Below are positions 20,552 through 30,696 of a stretch of DNA of 32,000 bases, piece by piece. Position numbers and translations under genes: made by a program. Position 1 is the first letter of the stretch; the number at the start of each line of letters is the position of its first letter. The notes under the pieces are model-generated. The model had not been told where the DNA came from. It saw only the letters and a program-made list of their open reading frames with translations, and did no database searches. This stretch comes from Bacillus subtilis subsp. subtilis str. 168 (lineage in GTDB: Bacteria > Bacillota > Bacilli > Bacillales > Bacillaceae), in contig NC_000964.3 of assembly GCF_000009045.1 (NCBI RefSeq), positions 2,910,001 to 2,942,000 on the forward strand, in the 5' to 3' direction.

Positions 20552-20789
20552 AGTTGTGGCCGCGGTACCACCCTTATTTCAGACAGACTGATGCTGTCGT
20601 CAGCTTCATTGACATAACGGAATCAGATTCCGGTTCACCTTTACGCGCAGTGTACGCGGTCCCGGCGACAACTCAAGAGGTGAAGCCAATTTCCGGCTGC
20701 GTTAAAAATGCTCTCAGTCAGCGGCATTTTCTCCCTGGAAAGCAGTTGATCAGAAATTGAGGTCCTCTGTCACGGTTTTTGAAATATTA
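20522..20789 (-). promoter_or_regulatory. Phe T-box leader controlling pheST
   Basis: T-box AAGGGTGGTACCGCGG at 20560-20575 (minus) followed by a terminator. Candidate UUC specifier in GGCTTCACCTC at 20682-20684, with flanking GAGG/CCTC pairing. Confidence 0.95.
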
Positions 20790-20795
20790 TGTTCT

Positions 20796-20824
20796 ATTAT
20801 AGAGAAATCCAACGCTTGGCGCAA
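20796..20824 (-). promoter_or_regulatory. Sigma-A type promoter for the pheST leader
   Basis: Minus strand: TTGCGC (20819-20824), 17 nt spacer, TATAAT (20796-20801). Confidence 0.75.
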
Positions 20825-20826
20825 CA

Positions 20827-21573
20827 CTATCCTCGCAAGTGATACACGAGGATGGCAGCCGCAACCGCAACGTTTAGTGATTCAGCCTGTCCGTAAAGCG
20901 GCACGTACAGGTTCAAATCCGTTTTTTCCAGCAATGCAGCATCTACCCCTGCACCTTCATTTCCTACAATGAGCGCAAAGGATTCAGACTGAGGAATCTC
21001 CTGGTAAGGCGCTCCGTTTTGCAGCGCCGTGCCGTATACTTTTACGCCCTCTGCCTTCAATTCGTCCACATATGAAGGCAGGTTTCTTCTCACAACAGGA
21101 ATATGGAAGTGAGATCCTTGAGCAGATCGCAGTGTTTTTCCGTTAAAGGCGTCCGCCGTGCCGTCACCGAGTACAACCGCATCCAAACCGGCCGCATCAG
21201 CCGTTCGAATCATTGTGCCAAGGTTTCCCGGATCTTGAACAGCGTCAATCAGCAGCACCTTGCGTGCCGTTGCCAGCTTTTCTTCAGGCATATGGCACAC
21301 AGCGGCAATCTGCTGCGGCGTTTCGGTTTCAGTCACAGCTGAAAACGCATCTTCACTCAGCATATAGCACTGGATACCAGTCTCAAGATCTGAAGGAATC
21401 CTCGTTTCATCCTTTACAAGGATTTCTTTCACAATGCCCGGGCTTTTCAACGCCTCTTCAACGAGGTGTTCTCCCTCTATCAGAAATGTATTTGTTTTTG
21501 TTCGTTCTTTTTTTGTGTGAAGCTTTTTCCAATCCTTCACTTTTTGGTTTTTTGCCGATTCTATTTGTTTCAC
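20827..21573 (-). CDS. ysgA: TrmH/SpoU-family RNA methyltransferase
   Basis: 248 aa; VLLIDAVQDPGNLGTMIRTADAAGLDAVVLG, ALIVGNEGAGV, NLYVPLYGQAESLNVAVAAAILVY. Confidence 0.93.
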   Translation of the reverse strand: MKQIESAKNQKVKDWKKLHTKKERTKTNTFLIEGEHLVEEALKSPGIVKEILVKDETRIPSDLETGIQCYMLSEDAFSAVTETETPQQIAAVCHMPEEKLATARKVLLIDAVQDPGNLGTMIRTADAAGLDAVVLGDGTADAFNGKTLRSAQGSHFHIPVVRRNLPSYVDELKAEGVKVYGTALQNGAPYQEIPQSESFALIVGNEGAGVDAALLEKTDLNLYVPLYGQAESLNVAVAAAILVYHLRG

Positions 21574-21628
21574 TGTCTATGTGGCGCTCCTTTTTTTAAC
21601 ATGATGTTATTATATCGCAAGAACAGCA

Positions 21629-21635
21629 CATAATA
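21629..21635 (+). promoter_or_regulatory. Possible sigma-G type -10 (CATAATA) for sspI
   Basis: Matches the forespore CATNNTA pattern at a sensible distance from sspI; -35 match is weak. Confidence 0.35.
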
Positions 21636-21691
21636 AACCAGGTGCAGGGTTAGAATATACGTATTACATTTTAGAAAAAGGAGCGTTTTAC

Positions 21692-21907
21692 ATGGATCTT
21701 AATTTACGTCATGCCGTCATTGCCAATGTCACCGGCAATAATCAGGAGCAGCTTGAGCATACAATCGTAGATGCGATTCAAAGCGGTGAAGAAAAAATGC
21801 TTCCAGGGCTCGGCGTTTTATTCGAAGTCATTTGGCAGCACGCATCCGAAAGTGAGAAAAACGAAATGCTGAAAACGCTTGAAGGCGGATTAAAACCCGC
21901 CGAATAA
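21692..21907 (+). CDS. sspI: Small acid-soluble spore protein I
   Basis: 71 aa [48 protein letters not shown]; AAAAAGGAG RBS; SspI family. Confidence 0.96.
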   Translation: MDLNLRHAVIANVTGNNQEQLEHTIVDAIQSGEEKMLPGLGVLFEVIWQHASESEKNEMLKTLEGGLKPAE

Positions 21908-21913
21908 GACATG

Positions 21914-21941
21914 AAACCGGGTGACAGCGCCCGGTTTTTTT
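21914..21941 (+). terminator. Intrinsic terminator after sspI
   Basis: aaaccggg tgacagcg cccggttttttt. Confidence 0.9.
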
Positions 21942-21975
21942 CTTATATAATAAAAACATGATGAGGGGGAACGCC

Positions 21976-23082
21976 ATGTTTTTACAGCCGTTATTAGCGA
22001 AAAAAATTATTGCTGAAGTTAAAAAAATGTACGAACGTGAAGTCATTATTGTAAACACGGACGGTCTTATTATGGCAGGCACAAACGATGAGCGTGTCGG
22101 ACAATTTCATGAGGGAGCGCTTATCTGCGCAAAAGAAAGACGCAGCGTGATTATTACAAAAGAAGATGAAACAAGGTTAAAAGGAGTGAAAGCAGGCATA
22201 AACCTCCCTGTATTTTTTGACCATGATGTGATTGCCGTCTTCGGGCTGACAGGTGAGCCTGCAGAGATTCAGCCATTCGGAGAACTGCTTCGAAAAATGA
22301 CAGAACTGTTCATTAAGGAATCGCGGCACTTAGAGCAATCCCAGTGGCGTGAGAGAATGCTGGAGTCCTTTATGATCGATTGGCTGCAATTAAAGGAGTG
22401 GTCTCCCAGTTTTCTTGAGAAAGCTCAGCTTCTTGGTGTTGACCTTTCTTCCCGGCGCCAAATGATTCTTATTCAGGGGTATGAGTGGTCACCTCATGAT
22501 ATTGAACAAATGGCACGCAGCTGGAAATCCTCGTACCCTGCGGATTTGTTCATCAGGTGGGGAAATGAACGGATTTTGATTAATCATGAAGTGCCGCAGC
22601 ATGAACAAAGGGATCGGCTTTTGCGGAAAATCCTTCACATTTGTTCGTTTGCCAATACCGCAAGCAGCCAATATACAGCAGCTGGCGCCGGAAGGGCTGT
22701 CGCAAGCTCCAGCCTGACAGATTCATACGAGCAAGCGGAAAAAGCGCTGGCTGTCAGCCTTAAGCGAAAAACGCCCATATTTGAAGAGGATCTGAAGCTT
22801 GATATGTGTCTGACGGAGATCAGCCCGGGAACCCGAAACGAATTTCCGCAAAGAGTATTAGGAAAGGCGCTAGAGCATCAGGAACTTATGAATACGATAC
22901 GGACTTTCTTTCATCACGATTTGTCTTTGAAACAAACCGCTGAAGACATGCATATACACATCAATACATTGCGTTATCGTCTGGCTAAGGCTGAACAGCT
23001 GACGGGATTACGTTTTGACCGTACCGAGGACGTCGTCACGATGTACGTCGCACTCTATTTTTTAGATCAAGATACAAAATAG
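21976..23082 (+). CDS. ysfB: CdaR/PucR-family transcriptional regulator (sugar diacid recognition domain, C-terminal HTH)
   Basis: Start MFLQPLLAKKIIAEVKKMYEREVIIVNTDGLIMAGTNDERVGQFHEGA; C-terminal FFHHDLSLKQTAEDMHIHINTLRYRLAKAEQLTG HTH. GAGGGGA RBS supports the 21976 start (track start 21958). Confidence 0.88.
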   Translation: MFLQPLLAKKIIAEVKKMYEREVIIVNTDGLIMAGTNDERVGQFHEGALICAKERRSVIITKEDETRLKGVKAGINLPVFFDHDVIAVFGLTGEPAEIQPFGELLRKMTELFIKESRHLEQSQWRERMLESFMIDWLQLKEWSPSFLEKAQLLGVDLSSRRQMILIQGYEWSPHDIEQMARSWKSSYPADLFIRWGNERILINHEVPQHEQRDRLLRKILHICSFANTASSQYTAAGAGRAVASSSLTDSYEQAEKALAVSLKRKTPIFEEDLKLDMCLTEISPGTRNEFPQRVLGKALEHQELMNTIRTFFHHDLSLKQTAEDMHIHINTLRYRLAKAEQLTGLRFDRTEDVVTMYVALYFLDQDTK

Positions 23083-23152
23083 AGAGAGTTTCAGTTTCAT
23101 TTTTTGTATGTTTCTCCATGGAAGGCTTTGCTTTTTTTCTTTTACAATAGAT

Positions 23153-23166
23153 TGAAAGCGTTTTTT
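23153..23166. promoter_or_regulatory. cre-like site upstream of glcD
   Basis: TGAAAGCGTTTTTT: strong left half (TGAAAGCG), right half degenerate; between a -10-like TACAAT and the glcD RBS. Confidence 0.4.
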
Positions 23167-23184
23167 GACAGGGGGATGGGTGAA

Positions 23185-24597
23185 ATGATCACCAAGGATG
23201 TAAAGGAGCAGCTGATTCAGGTCTCCGGACCAGAAAACTTTGATGACTCGAATGCCGGCCGTCTCGTCTATTCATATGATGCGACGCCTCAGTATCAGTC
23301 TATGCCTGATGCCGTGATTGCTCCGAGGAATACTGATGAAATATCACGCATTTTAACAATTTGCAGCGAACATCGAGTGCCGATCGTTCCAAGAGGATCA
23401 GGGACAAACCTGTGCGGCGGCACGTGCCCGACTGAAGGCGGACTTGTGCTTCTCTTTAAGCACATGAACCAGATTCTTGAAATTGATGAAGAAAATTTAA
23501 CTGCCACAGTTCAGCCGGGCGTCATTACGTTGGATATGATCCGGGCAGTTGAAAGCAAAGGTTTATTTTATCCGCCTGACCCGAGTTCTATGAAAATATC
23601 AACTATCGGGGGCAACATCAATGAAAATTCCGGCGGGCTACGCGGATTAAAATACGGTGTCACCCGCGACTATGTTATTGGACTGGAGGTTGTTCTCGCA
23701 AATGGTGACATCATCCGCACCGGCGGAAAACTCGCAAAGGATGTGGCCGGATACGATCTCACACGTCTTTTTGTCGGCTCAGAAGGAACACTCGGCATTG
23801 TGACAGAGGCAATCGTCAAACTCGTTCCAAAGCCGGAAACAAAGAAGACGCTGCTTGCCCTTTATGAAAACATCGATGCCGCTGCTCAAACGGTATCGGA
23901 CATTATTGCCGCAAAAATTATACCCGCTACGCTTGAATTTCTCGATCAGCCTACACTATTGGTGATTGAGGATTATGCCAAAATCGGACTTCCGACAAGC
24001 GCAAAAGCAGTTCTGTTAATTGAACAAGACGGGCCATTTGAAACTGTTGAACGGGATATGGAAAAGATTGAGGCGATCTGCAAAAAAGGCGACGCCGTAT
24101 CCGTTCAGACCGCACAAACAGAGGAGGAAGCGTTTGCCCTGACTGAAGCCCGGCGTTCTGCACTTTCTGCCCTAGCCCGCCTCAAACCGACGACGATTTT
24201 AGAGGATGCGACCGTTCCTCGCTCAGAAATCGCCAATATGGTTAAAGCGATTAATGATATTGCTGCTAAATATGATATTTCCATCTGCACCTTTGGTCAT
24301 GCGGGAGACGGGAACCTTCACCCGACATGCACGACAGACATAAGAAATAAGGATGAAATGGAACGTGTCGAACAGGCTTTTGCCGAGATTTTTGAGAAAG
24401 CGATTGAACTTGGCGGGACGATAACCGGAGAGCACGGAGTCGGGGAAATGAAAGCGCCTTACTTGGAAATGAAGCTGAAAAAAGAAGGCATTGATGCGAT
24501 GAAAGCGTTGAAAGCGGCATTTGACCCCCGGAACATATTAAATCCCGGCAAAATGTTTGCGAAAGATGCCAGAAAACGTGTGGTGGCGGAAAGATGA
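23185..24597 (+). CDS. glcD: Glycolate oxidase subunit (FAD-linked)
   Basis: 470 aa from MITKDVKEQLIQVSG; FAD-binding IVPRGSGTNLCGGTCPTEGGLVL and C-terminal GTITGEHGVGEMKAPYL. The track start is 27 codons early. Confidence 0.93.
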   Translation: MITKDVKEQLIQVSGPENFDDSNAGRLVYSYDATPQYQSMPDAVIAPRNTDEISRILTICSEHRVPIVPRGSGTNLCGGTCPTEGGLVLLFKHMNQILEIDEENLTATVQPGVITLDMIRAVESKGLFYPPDPSSMKISTIGGNINENSGGLRGLKYGVTRDYVIGLEVVLANGDIIRTGGKLAKDVAGYDLTRLFVGSEGTLGIVTEAIVKLVPKPETKKTLLALYENIDAAAQTVSDIIAAKIIPATLEFLDQPTLLVIEDYAKIGLPTSAKAVLLIEQDGPFETVERDMEKIEAICKKGDAVSVQTAQTEEEAFALTEARRSALSALARLKPTTILEDATVPRSEIANMVKAINDIAAKYDISICTFGHAGDGNLHPTCTTDIRNKDEMERVEQAFAEIFEKAIELGGTITGEHGVGEMKAPYLEMKLKKEGIDAMKALKAAFDPRNILNPGKMFAKDARKRVVAER

Positions 24598-25928
24598 CAA
24601 CAGAAAAAGAAATGAAACAGATCCAAAATGAATTTAAAGAGCGTATGGATGAAGGAGAGTTATTAAATTGTATGCGCTGCGGCTTCTGTCTTCCTTCCTG
24701 TCCGACCTATATCGAATCGGGATTTCAGGAAACACACTCTCCGCGTGGGCGCATCGCCTTAATGAAAGCCGTAGCCGACGGTATGATTGAACCGGATGAA
24801 GATGTCGAACGGTCGCTGTCACTTTGCCTCGGCTGCCGCGCCTGTGAGCCTGTATGCCCGTCTGGCGTGAAATACGGGCAGCTGCTTGAGGAAGCCAGAG
24901 ATATTATCCACCAAAATAAAAAACACTCTCTTGGTGAACGTGTCATGCGAAAGACGGCTTTTCACGAGCTGTTTCCGCATCAAAACCGCATGCGCTCAGC
25001 TGTAAGCCTTATCGGTTTGTATCAGCGTTCAGGACTGCAAACCGCTGTGCGAAAATCAGGCATGCTTCGGGTCCTGCCTGAGCATTTGCGGACGATGGAA
25101 GCTGTTCTTCCTGATGTTCCAAAAAGCAAAGACATGAAACATCGGCCGCGTTTCCTGCCTTCCATTGGCCCCATGAAAAAACGGGTCGCCTTTTTTTCGG
25201 GCTGCTTAATGGATACAATGTTTTTACCGACCAATAACGCCACATTGAAGCTTTTACAGCTGGCAGGCTGCGACATTGTCATTCCGCCTGAACAGGCTTG
25301 CTGCGGGGCGCTTCATGGACACAGCGGTGAAAAAAACACAGGGAAAGAGCTCGCGAAACAAAATATCGCTGCTTTCGAAGCATTAGACGTGGATGCAGTC
25401 ATTACAAACGCAGGAGGATGCGGAGCCTTTCTCACTGAATATGATCATTTGCTGAAGGATGACCCTGAGTGGTCGGAACGGGCTGCCGCTTTTGTTCAAA
25501 AGCTGAAGGATTTTTCTTCTGTTTTGGTTGAACTCGATTTCCATCAAATGGATCTAGCACTCGAGACGCCTCAGGTCGTTACCTACCAAGATTCATGTCA
25601 TCTAAGAAATGTGATGCATACGTCACTCGAGCCCCGCCAGCTTCTTAAAAGCATCAAAGGGGCGGAATTCAAAGAAATGGAGAAAGCAGACAGCTGCTGC
25701 GGGTCAGCGGGAATTTACAACATCGTCGAAGTTGAAATGTCTATGAAAATACTGGACAGCAAAATGGCTGCCGTCAAAGCAACCGAAGCGATCCTCATTG
25801 TAACAGCAAATCCTGGCTGCCTGCTGCAGATGAAGCTCGGCATTGAACGCGAAGGACTAAGCGGTAAAGTCAGAGCCGTTCACCTGGCTGATTTGCTATT
25901 AGAAGCAGCCGGGCACAAAACATCATGA
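24594..25928 (+). CDS. glcF: Glycolate oxidase iron-sulfur subunit
   Basis: 444 aa; two cysteine clusters CMRCGFCLPSCPTY and CLGCRACEPVCPSGVKYG; 4 bp overlap with glcD. Confidence 0.93.
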   Translation: MTTEKEMKQIQNEFKERMDEGELLNCMRCGFCLPSCPTYIESGFQETHSPRGRIALMKAVADGMIEPDEDVERSLSLCLGCRACEPVCPSGVKYGQLLEEARDIIHQNKKHSLGERVMRKTAFHELFPHQNRMRSAVSLIGLYQRSGLQTAVRKSGMLRVLPEHLRTMEAVLPDVPKSKDMKHRPRFLPSIGPMKKRVAFFSGCLMDTMFLPTNNATLKLLQLAGCDIVIPPEQACCGALHGHSGEKNTGKELAKQNIAAFEALDVDAVITNAGGCGAFLTEYDHLLKDDPEWSERAAAFVQKLKDFSSVLVELDFHQMDLALETPQVVTYQDSCHLRNVMHTSLEPRQLLKSIKGAEFKEMEKADSCCGSAGIYNIVEVEMSMKILDSKMAAVKATEAILIVTANPGCLLQMKLGIEREGLSGKVRAVHLADLLLEAAGHKTS

Positions 25929-25929
25929 G

Positions 25930-25961
25930 AAAGCCCAAAACAGACATTGTTTTGGGCTTTT
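25930..25961. terminator. Bidirectional terminator between glcF and ysfE
   Basis: aaagcccaaaaca gacat tgttttgggctttt. Confidence 0.88.
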
Positions 25962-25966
25962 GTGCG

Positions 25967-26348
25967 TTATTCCATCGGACTGCAAATTTCGATATAATGT
26001 CCATCCGGATCAGCGATATAGGCGACCGTCTGCCCCCATGGTTTCACTTTCGGCTCCCCGATAATCGATACGCCTTGTTCTCTCATCCTTTTGATGACCG
26101 CTTCTACATTTTCAGTAACAAACCCGATTTCAAATGTGTTTGAAGCAGATGTATCCGGAATGTCCAGCGCCGTGATGTCTCTGGCGCTTTCCCGGGTATT
26201 AAGCGCCAATATCGTAGACCCTGTATCAAATTCGACATACGTGCCGTGTTCAGCACGAATCGGCAGTCCTAAAATATCCCGGTAAAAAATGAATAGCCCG
26301 CTTGCTGTCCGATACGTATAGAATAAGATATTTCATTGATAGATTCAT
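25967..26348 (-). pseudogene. ysfE: Glyoxalase/VOC-family gene split by a +1 frameshift
   Basis: Intact C-terminal frame ...[22 protein letters not shown]...[13 protein letters not shown]. The N-terminal frame [21 protein letters not shown] is joined only if one nt is removed from the A6 tract at 26284-26289. Span 382 nt = 3n+1. Confidence 0.78.
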
Positions 26349-26381
26349 TGCCAACCCCTCTCAGCATTTTCAATAGTCCTT

Positions 26382-28178
26382 CTAGCCCGGTATAGATGCT
26401 TCCATCCTTAAGCTCGGATCTTTCCACATCTGCGCCCATTTTTTCACAGCCGCCACGATAATGATGAAGCCTAACACCAGCATGATGATAGATAATACGC
26501 CATTCAATACACTATATCCTGCTGCTTCAGGATTGAGATACACATTGCGCACCATCCAATAGCCCGCATAATTGACAGTGACATATAAATAGGCAAGCGG
26601 GATAAGGCAAGTCAGAATGTACCGGCGTTTATCGGCGATTTTCAGCACGATCGTCGCTCCGATAATCAGCCCCACTGAAGCCATCAGCTGATTAGAAACG
26701 CCGAAGAGCGCCCAAATGGAACCGATATCTCCTGAATACAGCAAGTACCCCCACATCAAACAGGCAAGCGCGCTGGCAAATACAGAGCCCGGAATCCAGT
26801 CTGTTTTCTTCAGCGGCTTATACACCTCCCCGAAGAAGTCCTGGATCAAATAACGGGCGACACGTGTGCCGGCGTCAATCGCTGTTAAAATAAAGACCGC
26901 TTCAAACATAATGACAAATTGGAAAAAGTATGAGGCCAAATGGCTGAAAAACGGCATTCCGGTAAAAATATAAGTCATCCCTACCGCAAGCGTGACGGCT
27001 CCCCCTGTTCTTCCTTCTAAGTCCAAACCGATTTCCCCGCTCAATTCAGGCAAATGTACGACATTCATGCCAAGCGTACGGAAAACCTCAGGCGTGCTGT
27101 TAATCGCAAAGTAATCAGCAGGCTGTAAAGCGGTCGCTGCAATCAGCGCCATGATACCGACAAGACACTCAACAAGCATTGCGCCAAACGCAACCGGCTT
27201 CATATCACTCCATTTATTCAGCATTTTCGGTGTCGTTCCTGAGCCGACAAAGGCATGGAACCCAGAGATCGCCCCGCAGGCGATGGTTATTGAGATGAAC
27301 GGCCAGACAGGTCCTGCCAGCACCGGCCCTCCGCCTTTTACGAATTCTGTAAACGCAGGGAACGGAATGGACGGATTGACGACAAACACACCAACAATCA
27401 AAGCGATAAAAACACCGATTTTCATAAAGCTGCTTAAATAATCACGCGGAGCCAGAAGCAGCCAAACGGGAAGCGCAGCCGCAAAAAACGCATAAACAGG
27501 AAGCGCGATTGCAAGCGTTTTCGTATCTAGCGTTAAAAAGTCACCGAGCGCGGTAGTCTGTACCCATGGACCGATAAAGACTCCTGCCATTAAAAAGAGA
27601 AAGCCGACCGTTGAAGCGAGCTTTAAATTTCCCGTTTTCTTATAAAATAAGCCCACACCCATCGCAATCGGAATCGTAATCCCCACCGCAAATGTTCCCC
27701 ATGGATTACGTTCAAGCGCATGCAAGACAACCATCGACAGGCCCGCCATTGTGATCGTGATGATAAACAGCATGGACAGTCCTGTACAAAATCCTGCAAC
27801 AGGGCCAAGCTCATCCTTCGCCACTTCCGACAGCGATTTTCCGTTTTTGCGCATCGATGCAAACAACACCACAATATCATGGACGGCTCCCCCAATTACC
27901 GCCCCGATTAACAGCCACAATAATCCCGGCAAATAGCCAAACTGCGCCGCCAGAATTGGTCCGACCAGCGGCCCGGCCGCTGCGATCGCGGCAAAGTGGT
28001 GGCCGAACGAAACCCATTTATTTGTAGGCACATAGTCTTTCCCATCCTCAAGCGCATGAGCAGGTGTTGGCTTGTCATCATTCACTTTGAGAACCTTCAC
28101 CATCATAAATGTTCCGTATAAACGATAGGCAATAGCCAAAATACACATTGATGCTATCACAATTGTAACCGCATTCAT
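26382..28178 (-). CDS. cstA: CstA-family carbon starvation protein (transporter)
   Basis: 598 aa polytopic protein; NKWVSFGHHFAAIAAAGPLVGPILAAQFGYLPGLLWLLIGAVIGGAVHD is the CstA signature. Confidence 0.96.
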   Translation of the reverse strand: MNAVTIVIASMCILAIAYRLYGTFMMVKVLKVNDDKPTPAHALEDGKDYVPTNKWVSFGHHFAAIAAAGPLVGPILAAQFGYLPGLLWLLIGAVIGGAVHDIVVLFASMRKNGKSLSEVAKDELGPVAGFCTGLSMLFIITITMAGLSMVVLHALERNPWGTFAVGITIPIAMGVGLFYKKTGNLKLASTVGFLFLMAGVFIGPWVQTTALGDFLTLDTKTLAIALPVYAFFAAALPVWLLLAPRDYLSSFMKIGVFIALIVGVFVVNPSIPFPAFTEFVKGGGPVLAGPVWPFISITIACGAISGFHAFVGSGTTPKMLNKWSDMKPVAFGAMLVECLVGIMALIAATALQPADYFAINSTPEVFRTLGMNVVHLPELSGEIGLDLEGRTGGAVTLAVGMTYIFTGMPFFSHLASYFFQFVIMFEAVFILTAIDAGTRVARYLIQDFFGEVYKPLKKTDWIPGSVFASALACLMWGYLLYSGDIGSIWALFGVSNQLMASVGLIIGATIVLKIADKRRYILTCLIPLAYLYVTVNYAGYWMVRNVYLNPEAAGYSVLNGVLSIIMLVLGFIIIVAAVKKWAQMWKDPSLRMEASIPG

Positions 28179-28253
28179 TTTCTCCCATCCCCTTTTCTGT
28201 TTTTCATAAATATATCATAATTTCATGGTGAAAAGCGGTCATTTTTTCCTATA

Positions 28254-28280
28254 CAAAAAGCCGGCTGGAATGGGCCGGCT
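28254..28280 (-). terminator. Intrinsic terminator downstream of abfA
   Basis: Minus strand AGCCGG CCCATTCCAG CCGGCT TTTTG. Confidence 0.8.
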
Positions 28281-28297
28281 CGTGGCAGTTGAAAGAC

Positions 28298-28321
28298 AAG
28301 CCGGAGAGAAATCTCCGGCTT
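28298..28321 (-). terminator. First of two tandem hairpins downstream of abfA (no clear U tract on the minus strand)
   Basis: AAGCCGGAGA GAAA TCTCCGGCTT, perfect 10 bp arms just past the abfA stop. Confidence 0.55.
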
Positions 28322-28329
28322 TGCTATTC

Positions 28330-29847
<1,518 letters not shown>

Positions 29848-29850
29848 TCA

Positions 29851-30696
29851 TTAACCTTTGACTCCCCCTACCGTCAGGCCGGAGATAAAGTACTTTTGGA
29901 AAAACAAGAAAATGATAATCACCGGCAAAATCGCAAATACTGAGCCGGATATAAGCATGTCGTAATTATTTCCATAAGGGCTCAGCAAGCTGGACAGCCC
30001 TATTGGAAGCGTAAACATTTCTTTCGACCGAAGCACAATCAGCGGCCACAAGAAGTTGTTCCAGCTGTTTAAGGACTGAAGGATAATCATCGCACCGAAA
30101 GCCGGTTTCATCAGCGGTGCCATAATCCTGAAAAAGATGCCGAATTCCGTACAGCCGTCCATCCTTGCAGAGTCCAGCAGATCTCTTGGAAGGCCAAGAG
30201 CATATTGCCTGAAAAAGAAAACAGCAACAGGTGAAACGATAAACGGCAATATGACACCCGTATATGAATCGATCAAGTGCAGTCCGACAGTAAGTTTAAA
30301 CAGAGGAAGCATCATCACTTCCAGCGGAACCATCATAATAATCAGCACAAGAACAAAGATGATATTTCTGCCCTTAAAATCATAAACCGCAAGCCCGTAC
30401 CCGATCATCGAAGAAAAAAACAGAGTGAGCACAGTCGTAAAAAGTCCGAGTACAAGACTGTTAAAAAACCATTTGAAATAAATGCTGCCGCCATTAAACA
30501 GAAATGTGTAGTTATCAAAACTCATCACTTTTGGATCAATATCAAGATTCAGCCCCACACGCAAAAGCTCAGATGACGGCTTTAATGATCCTAAAAGCAA
30601 ACAGAAAATCGGAAAAAGATACAATAGGCTCAGCATCATAAAAAACAGGGTCAGCGCAATTCTATAAACGCTAAACTGAGGACTGTGCCGCAACAT
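29851..30696 (-). CDS. araQ: ABC transporter permease for arabinose oligomers
   Basis: 281 aa; permease (MalG-like) pattern GLPRDLLDSARMDGCTEFGIFFRIMAPLMKPAFG. Confidence 0.95.
   Translation of the reverse strand: MLRHSPQFSVYRIALTLFFMMLSLLYLFPIFCLLLGSLKPSSELLRVGLNLDIDPKVMSFDNYTFLFNGGSIYFKWFFNSLVLGLFTTVLTLFFSSMIGYGLAVYDFKGRNIIFVLVLIIMMVPLEVMMLPLFKLTVGLHLIDSYTGVILPFIVSPVAVFFFRQYALGLPRDLLDSARMDGCTEFGIFFRIMAPLMKPAFGAMIILQSLNSWNNFLWPLIVLRSKEMFTLPIGLSSLLSPYGNNYDMLISGSVFAILPVIIIFLFFQKYFISGLTVGGVKG

Noticed and set aside
28201-28250. GTGAAAAGCGGTCATT as a cre upstream of cstA
   Set aside because: Has one extra A relative to cre spacing so the central CG falls out of register; not supported.
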